Origin: Vicugna vicugna
Taxonomy: Eukaryota
Reading direction: 5' to 3'
DNA length: 64,000 nt
Assembly (NCBI GenBank): GCA_013265495.1
Contig: MU058781.1
Location: 3,907,050 to 3,971,049 of the forward strand
Shown: positions 13,191 through 26,632 of the stretch, piece by piece
Position numbering within the stretch: the first letter of the stretch is position 1
Layout: every line of letters begins with the position of its first letter
Notes under the pieces: model-generated
What the model was told of the DNA's origin: nothing
Seen by the model: only the letters and a program-made list of their open reading frames with translations
Databases searched by the model: none
Translations under genes and position numbers: made by a program

Positions 13191-16100
13191 TTGTATTGAG
13201 ATTCAGTCAGATTCAAGAAATGTAAAAGTCTAATTAAAATTAACTGCCATTGACATTACTTCCAAACCTTTTTTGGTTATTGCTCATCTAACCCTGGTGT
13301 TCCCGATGTCTGGGCTTAAAGAAGACATGTCTTTCTTTTAACCCTGGGTTCCTTTCAGAAGCCCTGTCACTTTCCTGTGTTTCTTTAGCCCCCTAGAGGA
13401 CGAACTGCTTGCTACCTTTCTTACCTCTAATGAGAGATTCCTGGACCTGATTGTACTTCGTGGGAGTATAATCTGGGCTTTAGATCAGCAGTTAATTTGA
13501 TTTTCCCAATAATCCCTCTGCTCTCTCTTTGTCTCGGCATTTGCCAGCCTGAAATCCTGGCTCTGTCTTTCCCAGTCCGAGGGGTGAATTCTTCTCTGTC
13601 TTTGCCCTTTGAACCTTGGGGGTGTGCGTGTGGAAGGCTCCCTGTCACCTTCTTACACTCAAGACAGAAAACAAACTCGTACAAAACTCAGCAATATTGG
13701 AACATCACTTTACGATCCCTGCTTAATCAGAATCTAATGAAACTTTGAAACGAAAGCATTTAAAATGCGATGAATGATTCCATCACAGGAGGGCAAGAGC
13801 AAAACAACCAATTAGCAAAAAATCTTGTCCGCAGGGTTTCTCTAGTAATAGCAAGAATATTATTCTCATAATGGCACAAGAAAAATAACCCGGAAATAAA
13901 TTTATATATTCAGTACAATTTCAACTGTAGGGAAGAGAAAACAGAAAAAGGGCTGGAGTGAATTGAGGCAACATGTTAATAGTCATTCTCAACAGTTCAT
14001 AGAGTGTGGGTGATTTTTTATTTTTTCTTTATAGTTGCCCCTGTTTTCCAAATGTCTTGAAAATAGGCTATGTTTCTTTTATCCTTTATCTTCCTCTTTT
14101 TCATTCACCCTTCCATATTCAGTAAGCACAAGGATGTGAGTTCCTGATCCTCAAAGGCTGTGCTCTGTGTCACATAACCTGTTGGACTTAGCTCTTGGCT
14201 GGATGAAGATGTTCGTTCATTGGTTGAATAACTATAGGAGAAAAAGATGGTTTGGGCTGGGGAGCTCTGTATGAGAAATAGTACAAAGTGGCCATTTTTC
14301 ATTATCCTGCCATGCTTCCAATGCGTATCATAGGCTGCAATCGGAATGGAGTTCCCAGGAGCCCAAGTTTAGATGAATGTGAGAGTTTTGGTTGAAGGCC
14401 AGAAATGATCCCCTAAACTGCCAGTGATGGAGACGAAGTCTGCAGGCTGCTGTCTTTAAATGATCCTGATAAAAGAAACTTGCTGTTGTGTTGCTGGAAG
14501 TCAATGAGCTGGGGGAACACCAGTGGAGAGGGATTTAAGATTTAGGTGTCTGACGTACCAGATCTCTTACTTACTTTATGTAGAGGTACGTGATCACTGA
14601 GGCCCGATCAGCATACATAATCTTATTTCAAATCGCAGGGTGAAAGGAAAAGTCAATGATCTTCCTCCACCCGTGGCAGATCTCCATAGCAATGGAACTA
14701 AACGAGACTCTCCCCAGCTGCCATGACTTTTCTCAGAAAAACCTGCCATTCTTGCCCCCGGTGTTTAACTCTGTGGTAAACTGTTCTGAAGGCGTGAAAT
14801 GGAGGAAAATGGAAATCTTGTTAAGATTCTTATTTTATGACCTAAGTAGAGGACTCCAGGCTGCTTTCGAAATGAGTGTAAGTGAACAGCTCCGAGTGCC
14901 CCAGGGTAAGTTCTCAAGGCAGCGCGAAGACAGTTGCTCAGGTGTTTCTGTTCGTGGCTATGGGCATACCACCATCTCCCTGCTCTGCCTAAGGCTTCCT
15001 CTCATGCCGCCTAAGAACAAGGAGTGCAAACATCTCCCTCCCTAAATTTGAAGGTGGCCTTTCCTAGTGGAAAGCTGGGTTCTTCTTTTCTGTTGCTGCA
15101 AAAAGGATTCATCCTTGGAAGTTCAAGGCTCCTTGGACACAGCATCCCAGGAGTTGCTCTTTGTCCCAAATGAGAGGTGAATCTCACTGAGACTCCTCAG
15201 GAGACAAACGAAAGCTCTAGAGCAGAGGAAGAAACGTGTCCCTTCAAGGTGGGACTTTTCGTACCTAACGCTCTGCACTTAGATTTTAGATTTTACTCAA
15301 AAATATCATTTTCTTTTTCAGAAAGAAAAATCTTCTTTTTTATCTTCAAACTCACCTGAATTTTAAGACGAGTGGAGGTCACCACGGGCCCTGCACATGG
15401 TTTGAGAAGAACGCCCCCACAACCATGCCTGTCCTCTCCCTGGGTGTGCACCCGCCTTGGTCACCTGTTGGACTTGTCCTGCCATCAATTTGACATCAGC
15501 AGTTCCACACCCAAATCTGCCTTTGCTGGCCTTTGCCAAGTGAGGAGGTCACGCTCCCTACAGAAACAGAGCTTAAGACTCACCCCTCGATAACCGTGTG
15601 TCAAAATTTGTTTTGCTAGGCTATTGATTTTCTTCTAACATAAAAAGATTTACTAATTTGCTCTTTGGATTCTTGCACCACATCTTCCGTGTTTAAGTCA
15701 CAGCTGGCAGGTGAAGTGGGTACACTGGAAGATGCTCCCAGCACAGTGTGGAGGGCGTGTTTTTATAGCTCGGGGTGAATGCATTCCCTTCTCTCCCCAA
15801 CCTCTATTCCTCTCTTCCCAGATATGATTGCTGAAGATTCATATGCCTCCCCTCAACTCCCTCCCTCCCTAATTCGTGTTCTCTCTCCCTTCCTTCCAAG
15901 GGGTGGATGCTTTTTAGAATTCATGGCTCCCTTAGGGCGGACGGAATGAGTTTCCATAAATACAGTTCTTCTTATCTTGTCTTACACCCTCCTTTAAATT
16001 GTCCCGATGGACAAACTTCGTTTCAAGGATGCGCCCTGTCTCATCATCCTGTCCAAACCTTTTCCAGCTCTGTCACTGGTACCTTTCTCCACCAAATGCT

Positions 16101-17259
16101 TTGGTGGTAGCAGGAAAGCCAGCAGGGGGGCCTTTGCAGTGGGGCTGCCTTGATCTTGTCCTTGGAATCAGTGCACAGCCGACTGTGGTTCCTGCTGGCG
16201 TGTGAGAGAGACTAAGTGGGTTTTTTTCCCCTCTTTCTTTCTCTCTGTCTTCTTTTTTGAAGCCTGACAATTTTCTCCAACTCACCTGAGATTTAATTTT
16301 AACTTCATGATCCTTTACATGTTTTGACATTTTAGAAATCAAAATGTCAGTGAGATTAACTCCCAGCAGAGTTTGATCAGATATAACACAGACTTTACCA
16401 AAACAGTGATTAGCCTTGCCTGTCTGTTTTCTGTTGAAACAGGACTTAAAAGAGGGATTCAGCTTCGAGTCTCTCCACCTGAGGCGGGGACAGGGCGGGC
16501 CCTGGAGGCCTGATCCTTGTCCAGCTCTGCCACGTACTTGCTGTCGTTCACCTTCTCCGCCTTGGTCCCTCCACCTGTGAAATAAGCATCCAGGTCCCTT
16601 TCTGGGAGGATGTTTGCTCTGTGCCCATCTTTTACTTAATAGCGAGTCCCTTCTTTCACTTTCAAGCATCTTTCTGAGGTAAAGGCTAGGGAGTTAGTAA
16701 AGCGAGTCAGGAGCAGCGACAGTTTTCTAATCCTTGGGTTGGACGCCTTAATCTCTGTCTTCACCGGGAAACATTTCTAGGGGCTTATCTGCTGCAGGCC
16801 CTGGGGGGCCTGCTACCCCGTTTTCTGGTGTAATGTTGCCGTAAGGCTTTGGGAAAGTCATTTCTGGGTTTCTCTGTTTCTGCTTATAAAATGGACACAC
16901 TGGATTTTCCTCTCCCTTTTCTCATAAAGCTGTTCTTAAGTTACCTGGGAAAATGTTAAAATGCTCTGAGCTCATTAGAAAAGAAAGACTTTCTGTTTTC
17001 CTTGTGGACTTGATGAGAACCAAAAGCACCCCTGTAGGGGTTTATACGCAATATTAATCTTATAAACACTGCCATTAGCAAGCTCTCTGAAGGCGCCATC
17101 AGCCTCAAACAGCATGCTGAAGTTACTTCCGGTTGCCTGGACTATTCCACACTGCAAGCTAGGGAGAGAAATGCTGGAACCGAGGCTTTTTGTGTGTTTG
17201 ATTGATTTTTTTGTTTGTTTATTTTTTGGAGAGAAAAGCCTGTCGGTAGCGTGCTGGAA

Positions 17260-17283
17260 ATGGGCACGTCCATATCATCAAAA
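17260..17283 (+). other. Candidate coding part of an alternative first exon (MGTSISSK, phase-0 donor)
   Basis: gaaATGG Kozak context, AAA|gtaagt donor, upstream TATA-like and ETS motifs; no transcript evidence. Confidence 0.3.
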
Positions 17284-20200
17284 GTAAGTTACTTCAGTGA
17301 AATTACCGTGAAGACCATTACCTTCCAATAACATGGGACTCGAACTTAAGTAATAGAGGAGGTAGCAGGCTAATGTTGAGTCTAACAGCCTCAGATCTTT
17401 TGCAGCATCCGCTGTCGGATCTGTTTTCATTCCTCCTGGCTGCCTGTGGGAGACACAGCCCCAAGCCGGCAGCAGGTCAGTGCCCCCAGCACAAAGGCCA
17501 CAGCCCCCAGATGGCTCCCACCTCTGCCCGTGACCCCCCAGCCCTCCCAGCTCAGTGCTCACGTGAGTTTGCTGCCTCCACCGCATAGATGTCATCAGCA
17601 GTATTTCCAAAGCCCTCCCCGTACCTGTCTCTGTTAAGCTTGTGCTTATGTTTGAAACATGCAGGGAGTCTATCCCAATGTAAGCATTGCTGTTCCCTGA
17701 CATATGTCGTCTGTCTGTGGATGTCCCCATTGTAGAGCCTTCCCCTAATATAGGACAGAAAAAATGTCTCCTGAGAGTGGGTCCTACCAGTACACTCTTC
17801 TCCCTTTATCCCAAAGCCTTTTTATTTCCTTGATACAGTCCGTTTTTGATGCTTAAAATCTCGCCACATGGTCTTTCAAGGCGTTTCACTGTTTGCAGTG
17901 TCCAGCAGCTAGAGTTGTGGTCAGGAGTGAGCACACCCTGTATTACAGACCCACGGGACTCTCAGCAAGGTGACAGTTTTCCCAGTAATAAAACACTTAA
18001 CTCCACGTGTAACTTGAACACAGAGTCAGGGTCGGTGTTCTTAGGACTGATGCACAGCGTGTGAAACACTGAGAGGAGCAGACGTACATGTCCACAGAGA
18101 TGCTAATGAATAGACAGGATGTGCTGGGGGTGTGCAGGTGGGCATGGCCTTTATTTTTGTCCATCTTCCCAAGGAAGAGTGAATTCACTAATAAACCTCT
18201 TAGGCAATCAGTTTGAATGAATACATACCTGTTGGTGCAAATCAGCAATTATAGTTTTTTTTTTAATGTGTGTATAAAGCTTCACAGATTACAAAACATC
18301 CCAGTGCTCCTAGAAATCAAATGAGTAGACAAGAGCCAATTACACAATGATTTTTAATAATGACCCACTATTACTCGGCCTTAGATACTCAAAAACACGC
18401 TAGGTCTTTATCTCCGTTGACTTTCTGTTGCTTCAAATCTTCCAGAAGCAAATTGGGCTGGCCTTCAGAGTTTCCAGTTGTCTTATGGTTCTAGAGCCTG
18501 AATTTCTAAGAACACTGGGGTCAGTTCAGAATTAAACCCCAGCTGAGGTATTAAACCCATACTTGCGAAGGTCTCTTCTGATACAGGGTATAGAAAGTCA
18601 TCGAACCCCAGGCAGGACCCACCCAACCATCAGATTTTCCACTTGCTCGTTTGATGGGGCCCTGAGTCGGCAACATTGCTTTCCAGCTGGGGATGAGGTG
18701 CCCATCACTGGGAAGGTTCAAAGACAGGTCTGCCATAAAGGTGATGAGGGGGAGGCATGGCAGATTGTCCTAGGGAACTGTGGTAAAGCTCGGCTGGTTT
18801 CTCACCAATTTGTTTTTGCTTTTTCCTGAACAGTGATTAGACCACACTCCCCAACTTTCTTTACAGTTATTAACTTTCATTTTGTTAAGTCCCTGGTTAC
18901 CTAGCAGGGACTAGTTACCTCACCTAACACAAAAACCTGTAAGTTTCCATCCAATCCTGAGAACCTAGGATTATAAATCATGAGAGACAAGATTCAGTTG
19001 TGATTACTTGTGACTTTCTCACCACTCTGCATTCTTAAGTGTTTCTCTTCTGGTTTTCCACAGAAAATCATTATCCGCACTTTGATGTTTATAGGACTGC
19101 AGATTCACTCATGATGAGGAAGTGGGCTCTTGTGGGTTTGGCCTATCCAGCTGCCCAGCTCGAAAGCATGCTTTCTGGTCACGTGTTCAGCCTGCTGTGG
19201 TTGAACACACGGGTCAGAGGGGGCAGGCTGAGTGCTTGGACAGCAAGGGTGACACAGCCCCAGGATGTGGTGATAACAGATGGCATCTGACTGTAGGGCC
19301 AGGAAGTGGGGACCGGGCAGGGGTGGTGGAATCAATGGGATGGTGGCGGTTGCTAGGAGAGCTACCTGCAGGAGACGGCTGGGCTCTGAGCTCCCTACCA
19401 ATACCACTGAAGCTGAGATCTATTTCCCTGCACATCGACTCACTGCACAGAAGCCAAGTAAGCAAGTGCTGAATGACTCTAGCGTTCCTTCTGGTGCTTC
19501 CAAGTGGGTCCCCAACACCCTGCACAATCGTTAAGTAATTAATAGAAGCAGAGAGTTGAGAACTTTGGAGAAGGGCTTAATGAAATTTGTCTTTAATGGT
19601 AACGACTTACTGATAAACCCAGGGAATTGGCTCTAATTGGCATACCTCTCTTCCTGAGAAATTGTGCGTTGGTCTTAGAGTAAGTTTGAATTGGCCTAAC
19701 CCTCAAAGGGAAAATCACTTTTAAAGCGCATCTCTCTGGAAAACCCTGTTTTCGGTTTGAAACCTTTTAAAAATCGTCATCATGATCATCATCAGATCTA
19801 GAATTTGAATAAAGGTTAGAATTCGGGTTCAAGAGATTGAGATCCTCCACCAGGACCCTGACTCTTCCTTTTAATTTTATAATCGAGGGTGATGATGAGT
19901 CTGCTCAGCCTCTTATCTGGAGTTGACGTCGAAGTGTGTGTGTGTGTTAAGAGAGGGAGTGTTGGGGGGTGGCTTATCAAAACTTTTAACGTGTAATTAT
20001 TTTTATGTTATATTTGTCAATTATTCTTGACTCAATCAACGTGCGATCGTATTGTTATAAACAAACGTAAATACTGCAGTGCTTTGTTTAATTTAAAAGT
20101 GAGCCCTGTTTGAGTGTATTTATTTACCTGAAGCCTTTTCATGAAGTGCTTCTTGTGTAGAATGAGAGGATTTTAGCAAACGCCGAAGGTGAGACAGCGA

Positions 20201-22711
20201 CTCAGCTGCGGCACGTGGTATTTGAGGTTTTTCTCCTCTTTTCTTACTCAACCCTTTGATGTGGCATAAGCTCCTCACTATTAGCAGTTGCTGCTGACAT
20301 CCAAACCAACAAATATGTTTAGCAGAACACACCAGAGGCTGGAAAGTAAAGCTTTTAATTAACCTGCAGGGAATTTTCTAAGATCATAGGTTTAAAAAAA
20401 ATAGAGGCAGGAGGTTTCCTGATCAAGGTAACCCAGGCATTTTCTCCTGACTTTTGGGTGTGACCCCAGAGCAGGGGTGACCTCTGCCCCACCAATGTCA
20501 GGCAGTCGCTTACCATCAAAAAAATGTACTCACACACTCTGAATGACCCAATCCAATGACCCTGTCCCGCTGAAAGGGATGAAAAGGAACATCCAACAAC
20601 TGTGTTACTGTGATTAGTTTGAAATTTCAAAAGCCCGCCAGCCCCAGGTGAAGTCCTGAGAAGGTGTATACCCCTCCCCCCCTGCTGATGTCCAGTCTTC
20701 ACTAGGGGGCCTGTGCCCTCCTGCTGTCCCCTTTTTCCAGGGTCCTGGCAGCTGGCCCCATCCACCTCCCTCCACTCCCCCGGGTCCAAGTTCACCCATC
20801 GGGATTCCCATCCCTTGCTCTCTACTTCCCAACATAATGGGCATCTCCAAGTTCCAAACACGGTCTAAGTGTGCTGCTTTTAATCCTTAAGACGATATTC
20901 CACGGTAGATGTTAATATTTCTACCCTATAAGCAAGGAAGCTGAGTAGAGAGAGGACAATTCTTTCCTTCCCTCAAGTCCTCTTTCTTAAGGGAGGTTTC
21001 CTGGAAATAACCACTGCTTCGGGAGCCTGGTCTCCAGCAGGGCAGTGGCAGGTCTGGGGCACTCAGGGTCTACATCAGGAGTCACCACGAGTGAACAAGG
21101 GTCTGGGGCTGGATGACGAGGGTGACAAGGTGGGTGCATGGCTGGGGCCAGTCGGTGGGAGCCCTGCAGCCCAAGGTGGGGAGAAGACAGCACCCCCCGC
21201 CCCCCAGAACCGGGAAGAGAAGCCCAGAGCTCTTGCCTGACAAAGCTGAATATCGCATTTGCTGCGAAGGAGAGATGCTTAAAGCTCTCTCGTCGCTGTG
21301 CAGGTGGAGAAGCGTGGAATTGAGGCTGAGGGGCAACAGACGGGCCCTGGCCCCTGACTGCCTCCCTCGTCTGGCTCACGCTGCTTCTCAGACTCTGGTT
21401 CCCAGCCCACACCCTCTGACCTGCCACTTTGGCCGCTTGACCACCCCTCTCTACCCGCTGATCTTCCTGGCGGAAGGAAGGGGTCCTCCTTCTCTCTTCA
21501 TAGTCAAAGTACCCATCCTGCAGGCCTGGCTCAACCAAGCAGGCACTCACCCTCCTTACTCTCCGCCCGCTGCAGTTCAGCCGGCGCCGTGATGACCAAG
21601 TCTTGTCATTTCCTGAATGTCTCTCTAGTAAGACTGTAAGTTCTCTGGGAACAAGGACAGATTCTCTTTCCCCGTGTTTTCTTCTGACGCCTGGAATAAT
21701 GCTTTGCCCTCACAGACCTCCAGTCGATATTCTGATGTGATTGATTGATGGCCTGGAAATTTCTGGGTTGGGGAGCTACCTGGGGAATGTTTGGAAGTCT
21801 CTGGGAAAGAAAAAAAAATCCAGTGGCTACTTCTTTCTTCACTTATACCCAAGACTCAAGCCTGGGTGCTCACAGGAGATTGAGAGCCTCCTTAACATGC
21901 AACACTACTTACTTCCCTTCTGGTGTTGGAAACAGAGTGATTGCAGCGGCCAATTAACAGCCTGTAACTCCCGCCCGTGAGGCTGTGTACTGGGCGAAGG
22001 AGATGTAAGAATGTCAGGGATAATGAAAATGATTTTGCCCACTCTGACCTGAGTCTGGCTGGGAAAGAATATCTTCCTCTTTTACAAAAGTCACTTTTCA
22101 AAAACCGAGATGCTTCAGTAAGAGAGACATTTCTCAAGATGAAACACTAGAGATCACAAAGACCTGGAGAAAGCGAATGACCTGGGTGCTTTAGAAGGGA
22201 CAATTTATCGGCTCAGTGCTGCTTCGTCTTATTACCCTGTGTTTTCCCAAATGGCCCATACGTGATTCTTGAATCACTGTGATCTCAGCCTCCTAGTCAG
22301 GATGAGGATGCAGGGGAAGCTTTGGCCTGTGCAGTGAGTCACTTGTTTATCAAGTCAGGCTCCTCTAGCCTCTCACTGGCATTTCTAGACAGTCCTTTAC
22401 AAGTCAGCAATTTCCCTTTTTTTTCCCAGTGACATAATTGTTTATTCTGAAAGTGAACCTCTCTAAGATTTCCTTCCAAAGTCTTATATAATTCTCAACC
22501 AAATAAATAATAATAGTGTGCATTCTGTTTATTTCCATGACAATTATTATGACCAAACCAAACCAGGATGGTCAACGTGCTTTAAGAACTGCAAAGCACA
22601 AGGGAATTTCAGTTTCCCTTTGTATCTGAGTAAGATCTTCCCTGACTGCCTCCTCCTACCATTAGACTGAGTTGATGTTCCTCTTTTGTATTTCCTCAGC
22701 ATTAAAAAAAA

Positions 22712-22737
22712 GTGTGTGTGTGTGTGTGTGTGTGTGT
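22712..22737. repeat. (GT)n microsatellite
   Basis: Direct read. Confidence 0.95.
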
Positions 22738-22904
22738 ATAAACATCTCATATCATTCTGTACTGTAATTAGTAGTTAACTCCTTGTCATTCTGGAATGTG
22801 CCATGTTTAATTAAGGATCCCTAGGACCTAAACCAGTGACTTGCACATAGTGAAGGCTCTTAATAAATATTATTTGAATGAATGGATGGTCAAATGAGCA
22901 AGCA

Positions 22905-23545
22905 GTCACGGTTCTTTTGGTGGCCAGCTTCAAAAACCCAATTCAATCTCTTTTAAACATAAGAGAAAATGTGTTGGCTCACACAGTTGGGAAGATCAAT
23001 GGGTATTACTTCTGGCTTCAGGCATGGCTGGACCCAGGGATTCAAATTCCATCCCCAGGGTTCTATCTTTCTCTCTGTCAATGCACTATATTTCAGTTCT
23101 GCTGTCATCTAGGTTTACTCCATCCTCATAAATGGTCTCTCCATATGGCTTAAATAAATAAATAGATAAATAAATGGGTAGATAGATAAATAGACAGATA
23201 AAGTCAAGTCACTGAAGGTTCCAGCCCAGGGTTTCTCGTTGTGGGTGCTATTGACAGACTGACAACTTGGAATGGATAATTCTTTGCAGGATAGTCAGCA
23301 TCCCTGGCTTCCAGGCATCAAGTGCCAATAGCACGGCCACCATTGTGACTGCTAAACATGCCCCGCCCCCCTACTTCCAAATGCCCCATAGGGAGGCAGT
23401 GCAGCTTCAGGTTAAGATTCCAGAGGAAACGGCATGACTTTCTGTCACTGAGTCTCCATGTCAGCCCTTGTAAGGATTCTGACTGGCTCTGCTTAGACTG
23501 TGCCTCCACCACGGTGTTCGGCGCGTTCAGGAGTTTGGCATAATC
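22905..23545 (-). mobile_element. Old MLT1-type LTR fragments split by a (TAAA/TAGA)n tract and MER20
   Basis: 'ctggcttcaggcatggctggacccaggga', 'aaggattctgactggctctgcttag', 'tctgattggcca'. Confidence 0.55.
23222..23395. mobile_element. MER20 hAT-Charlie element
   Basis: 'gtgctattgaca...ggataattctttg...cagcatccctggc...tgccaatagcac...ttgtgac...ccaaatgcccc' follows the MER20 consensus order. Confidence 0.75.
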
Positions 23546-23557
23546 TGATTGGCCAAC

Positions 23558-24050
23558 GTATTAGTTATCTCTTGCTGCATAGCAAATTACTCACAAGTTT
23601 AGCAGCTTAAAACCTTTATTATCTCAAATCATTTCTATGGGGCAGGAATCTGCCAACAGCTTTGTTGGGTGATTTTAGCTCAGGGTCTCTCACAAGGTTG
23701 CTGCTGTCAAGCTGCTGGCTGCAGCTGCCATCCTGTCAAGGCTCACCTGGGACTAGATAGGCCACTTCCACACTCCCCCATGTGGTTGCCTGTAGGCCTC
23801 ACCGTGTGGCCTCGCCGTAGCCTGCCTGAGTGTCCCTTCCACGCAGCAGGTGGCTTCCTGCAGAGCAACCGGTCCAATATAGAAGCTGCAGTCTTCTGTG
23901 ACCTAATCTTGGAAGTGACACACCATCATTTCTGCTGTATTCTGCTGGTCACATAGACCGACTGTGGTACCTGATGGCAGGGTGACACTAGATGTGAGCA
24001 CAGGGAGGCAAGATTGTCAGGGTGGGCATCTTGGAAGCTGCCTCCCTCAG
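23558..24050 (-). mobile_element. MaLR LTR (MLT1F/G/H-like)
   Basis: 'tattagttatctcttgctgcatagcaaattac', 'agctcagggtctctcacaaggttgc', 'cttggaagtgacacaccatcatttctgctgtattct'. Confidence 0.85.
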
Positions 24051-25046
24051 ACAAGGGTACTGACCGTGTTCACTCTTGTACATAGAAGTCAAGATTACAG
24101 GAATGACAGCTCCTGGAAATCACAGGGGCTTGGGGGGGAGGGAACATTTCCCCAAAGGAAGCCATGCAGTGGAAACAAAAAGTGGATGTCTGCCACAAAT
24201 GAATATTTAAATTCGCTCATTACCAGCCCAGTCAAAGCAGGGCAGGGGAAGGTCTAGTGAAAACAGCGCTATGAATTATTTCTTTGTATCTGTAGATCAT
24301 CATTTATCCCTTAAGAATCTTTTTCTATCGTAGACTGATGTTCCTGGTCAGAATTTATTCGCGCAAAGGCGTTCCCAAGCAGTTCAACTGCTGATTTATA
24401 AATAGGTTTTGTAGATCTTGGGAGCAGAACAATATTTGAGTGTGTGTCTCTTGTAGAAATTGCTCTGACAGCTGCTTACTTTCTCTCCAAAGCTCTCCTT
24501 TCTTGGGTGCTCTTGTAACTTTTTTAAAATTTATGGCAGAGAGGAAGCACCAGCTCTATCCTAGGGTGTTTCCATTAGAAAGAGGGCAGGGCTGGAGCAA
24601 GGCTGGAAATAGGGTGCTGCTGAACCCACTGCAGGATTAGAGATGATTCCAAAGTAGGCATTTTAATTCTGTGCATCGCGATAAGAGTTTCCCTAGGTGT
24701 TTTCCCCAGAGACTGATGCCGGATAAGTAAATGCTGTTTTCTCATTAGGGATTAATGGCCTACAGAGACAAGGTGATTTTTGAGACTTCGGTCTTTGGTT
24801 GAAGTACTGCCAGCCACTGAGCCATCCTGACACCCCACTGCTCTCAGTAATGAGAAACCACTCTTGGTCTTTCTGCTGCCCTGCCAGTGAGAAGGCTGCC
24901 AGGTGTCACATAACCAGCACCCCAGACAGTTGACTGAAGATTTGGCTTCCTTAGAGTCTTCCCCCAAAGCTTTTGGAAAGTAATAATAACAATGTAGAAA
25001 ATGAGTGACTCAGGACTAAAAAGAAGCTGTGCTAGGGTTTTTTTTT

Positions 25047-25217
25047 TGTTTTGTTTTGTTTTTTTAAATTGAAGTATAGTCAGTTACAATGTGTCAATTT
25101 CTGGTGCACAGCATAATGTTTCAGTTATACATATACATACATATATTTGTTTTCATATTCTTTTTCATTATAAGTTACTGCAAAATATTGAATATAGTTC
25201 CTCGTGTTACACAGAGG
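25047..25217 (-). mobile_element. Short young L1 3' end
   Basis: 'attgaagtatagtcagttacaatgtgtcaatttctggtg' is the same family as 672-1123. Confidence 0.85.
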
Positions 25218-26129
25218 ACAATTTTAATCTAGAAGGTAGTATTTGCAAATCTCTGGGGTTTAATCACACAAATGCAGGCACTGCATTCCCTCACTCTCTC
25301 AACTAATGAAGACAAAGATGCTAACTGTGGGTGGGACCTTGTGTTACTTAAGCCGAATCGTACACAAATCCTGCATGTCAAGTTGGGCACCCAGTGACTG
25401 GTGCAACGTGGGAGAAGACATCTCTGACTCGGGGCAGCTCAATAGATTACCAAGCTGAGACCAGGATTTGTCAGGTCTCTGGGTAGAGTTTCTAGGAACA
25501 CAGCGACCATGCAGCATGGTAACGGGGTGCAGATTTATGCACTGGCCTTTGCCACGGGTCTTCAAAAACGATTACACGTTTGAAAATGACATTCCCCCAT
25601 ATTGGTTTTGTCCCTGACAATTACCGCCCCTTTAACTTCTCAGGTAGCTCAGTAGAGGGGAGTCAAGAAGGAAAGCAGCATCAGTTGTAAATATACTCTG
25701 TGTTCGCTGCACATTCCAGTGCAGACTAAAAGGGAGGGAAAGGAGGAGGTCACGTATATGAAGTTAGTTGCCTTATGCTGCGTCTCACAAGGCTTGATGT
25801 TTCTGTTTTACGTTTGTTAAGACTCAGAATATTTAAGAAAAACAAAAATCTCTGGCTAGCTGGAGTCAGAGAATAGAGGTCACTCTCCGGAGTTCTGGGA
25901 GAAGTGTGGGTTAAGGTTCGATCGTTGCCGGGGGAATGAATGGGGTACAGTTTACCCGTGTTGGTGTCTCTGTTTCTGCCCTGTACTTAGGCTCTGGCTG
26001 TTCTGCTCCACCATGTCTCTCTCCCCGTTCCCCGGCTCCTGAGTGGCCACTTGGCAGGGCTTGGGTAGGAAGGAGCTGATGGCATCACCCAGGCCAGCCT
26101 GTGAGGCTGAGAGTTAAAAAAAGATGGGG

Positions 26130-26310
26130 GGTTCAGACTGTGGGCTTAGACAGCCCTGGGTTTGAATTCTACTAGTTGTGTGAACTTGGGCAAGTTATTC
26201 AACCTCTCTGGGCTTCCGTTTTCTTATGCAAGCAGTGGAGGTAATTGTAGCACCTCCTTAACCCACGGGGCTGGAGCGAGGACTACATCAGACAATGCAG
26301 TGGGTGGTGT
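26130..26310 (+). mobile_element. MIR SINE
   Basis: 'cctgggtttgaattc...tgtgtgaacttgggcaagttattcaacctctctgggc'. Confidence 0.8.
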
Positions 26311-26484
26311 AGCTCGGGTAGGATTGACTCTTCTTCTGCGTGTGTGTGTGTGTGTGTGTTTAATATCAGGCTTTGCTGTGGGTGGGTTGGTTGCTAGCAA
26401 CCTTATGAATCCTTTGTTTCTTAAATTTGCACTTAAGCTAGATGTGCTGTATTTCTGTTCCTAAGAGCCAGATGATTATTCACA

Positions 26485-26632
26485 TTAACTATGTAGCACA
26501 GGGAGCTATATTCAATCGCTTATAATAACCTAGAATGAAAAATGATATATATACATATAACAGAATCACTATGCTGTACACCAGAAACTAACACAACATC
26601 CTAAATCAATTATACCTCAATTAAGAAAAAAA
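26485..26632 (+). mobile_element. L1 3' end fragment
   Basis: 'tagcacagggagctatattcaa...gaatcactatgctgtacaccagaaactaacacaac...tatacctcaattaagaaaaaa'. Confidence 0.85.

Noticed and set aside
14656..14911. ORF running into an AGG|GTAAGT donor; also exon-like units at 2598-2672, 19063 and 34394
   Set aside because: Peptides unrecognised and supporting signals incomplete; expected by chance in 64 kb.
16073..16669. 198-aa minus-strand ORF, and similar long ORFs at 20987-21550, 49757-50335 and 62565-63125
   Set aside because: No recognisable domain or coding composition. They overlap MIR/L2 or GC-rich DNA where stop-free runs are expected.
19105..19236. Possible C/D snoRNA (ATGATGA ... CTGA)
   Set aside because: Only a 3-bp terminal stem, no clear internal C'/D' boxes, and no rRNA complement that I recognise.
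24396..24405. MEF2-type sites (also 40946 and 60052) and CTCF-like motifs (~6463, 13388, 26832, 33301)
   Set aside because: Isolated short or imperfect motifs at about chance frequency; one lies within an L2.
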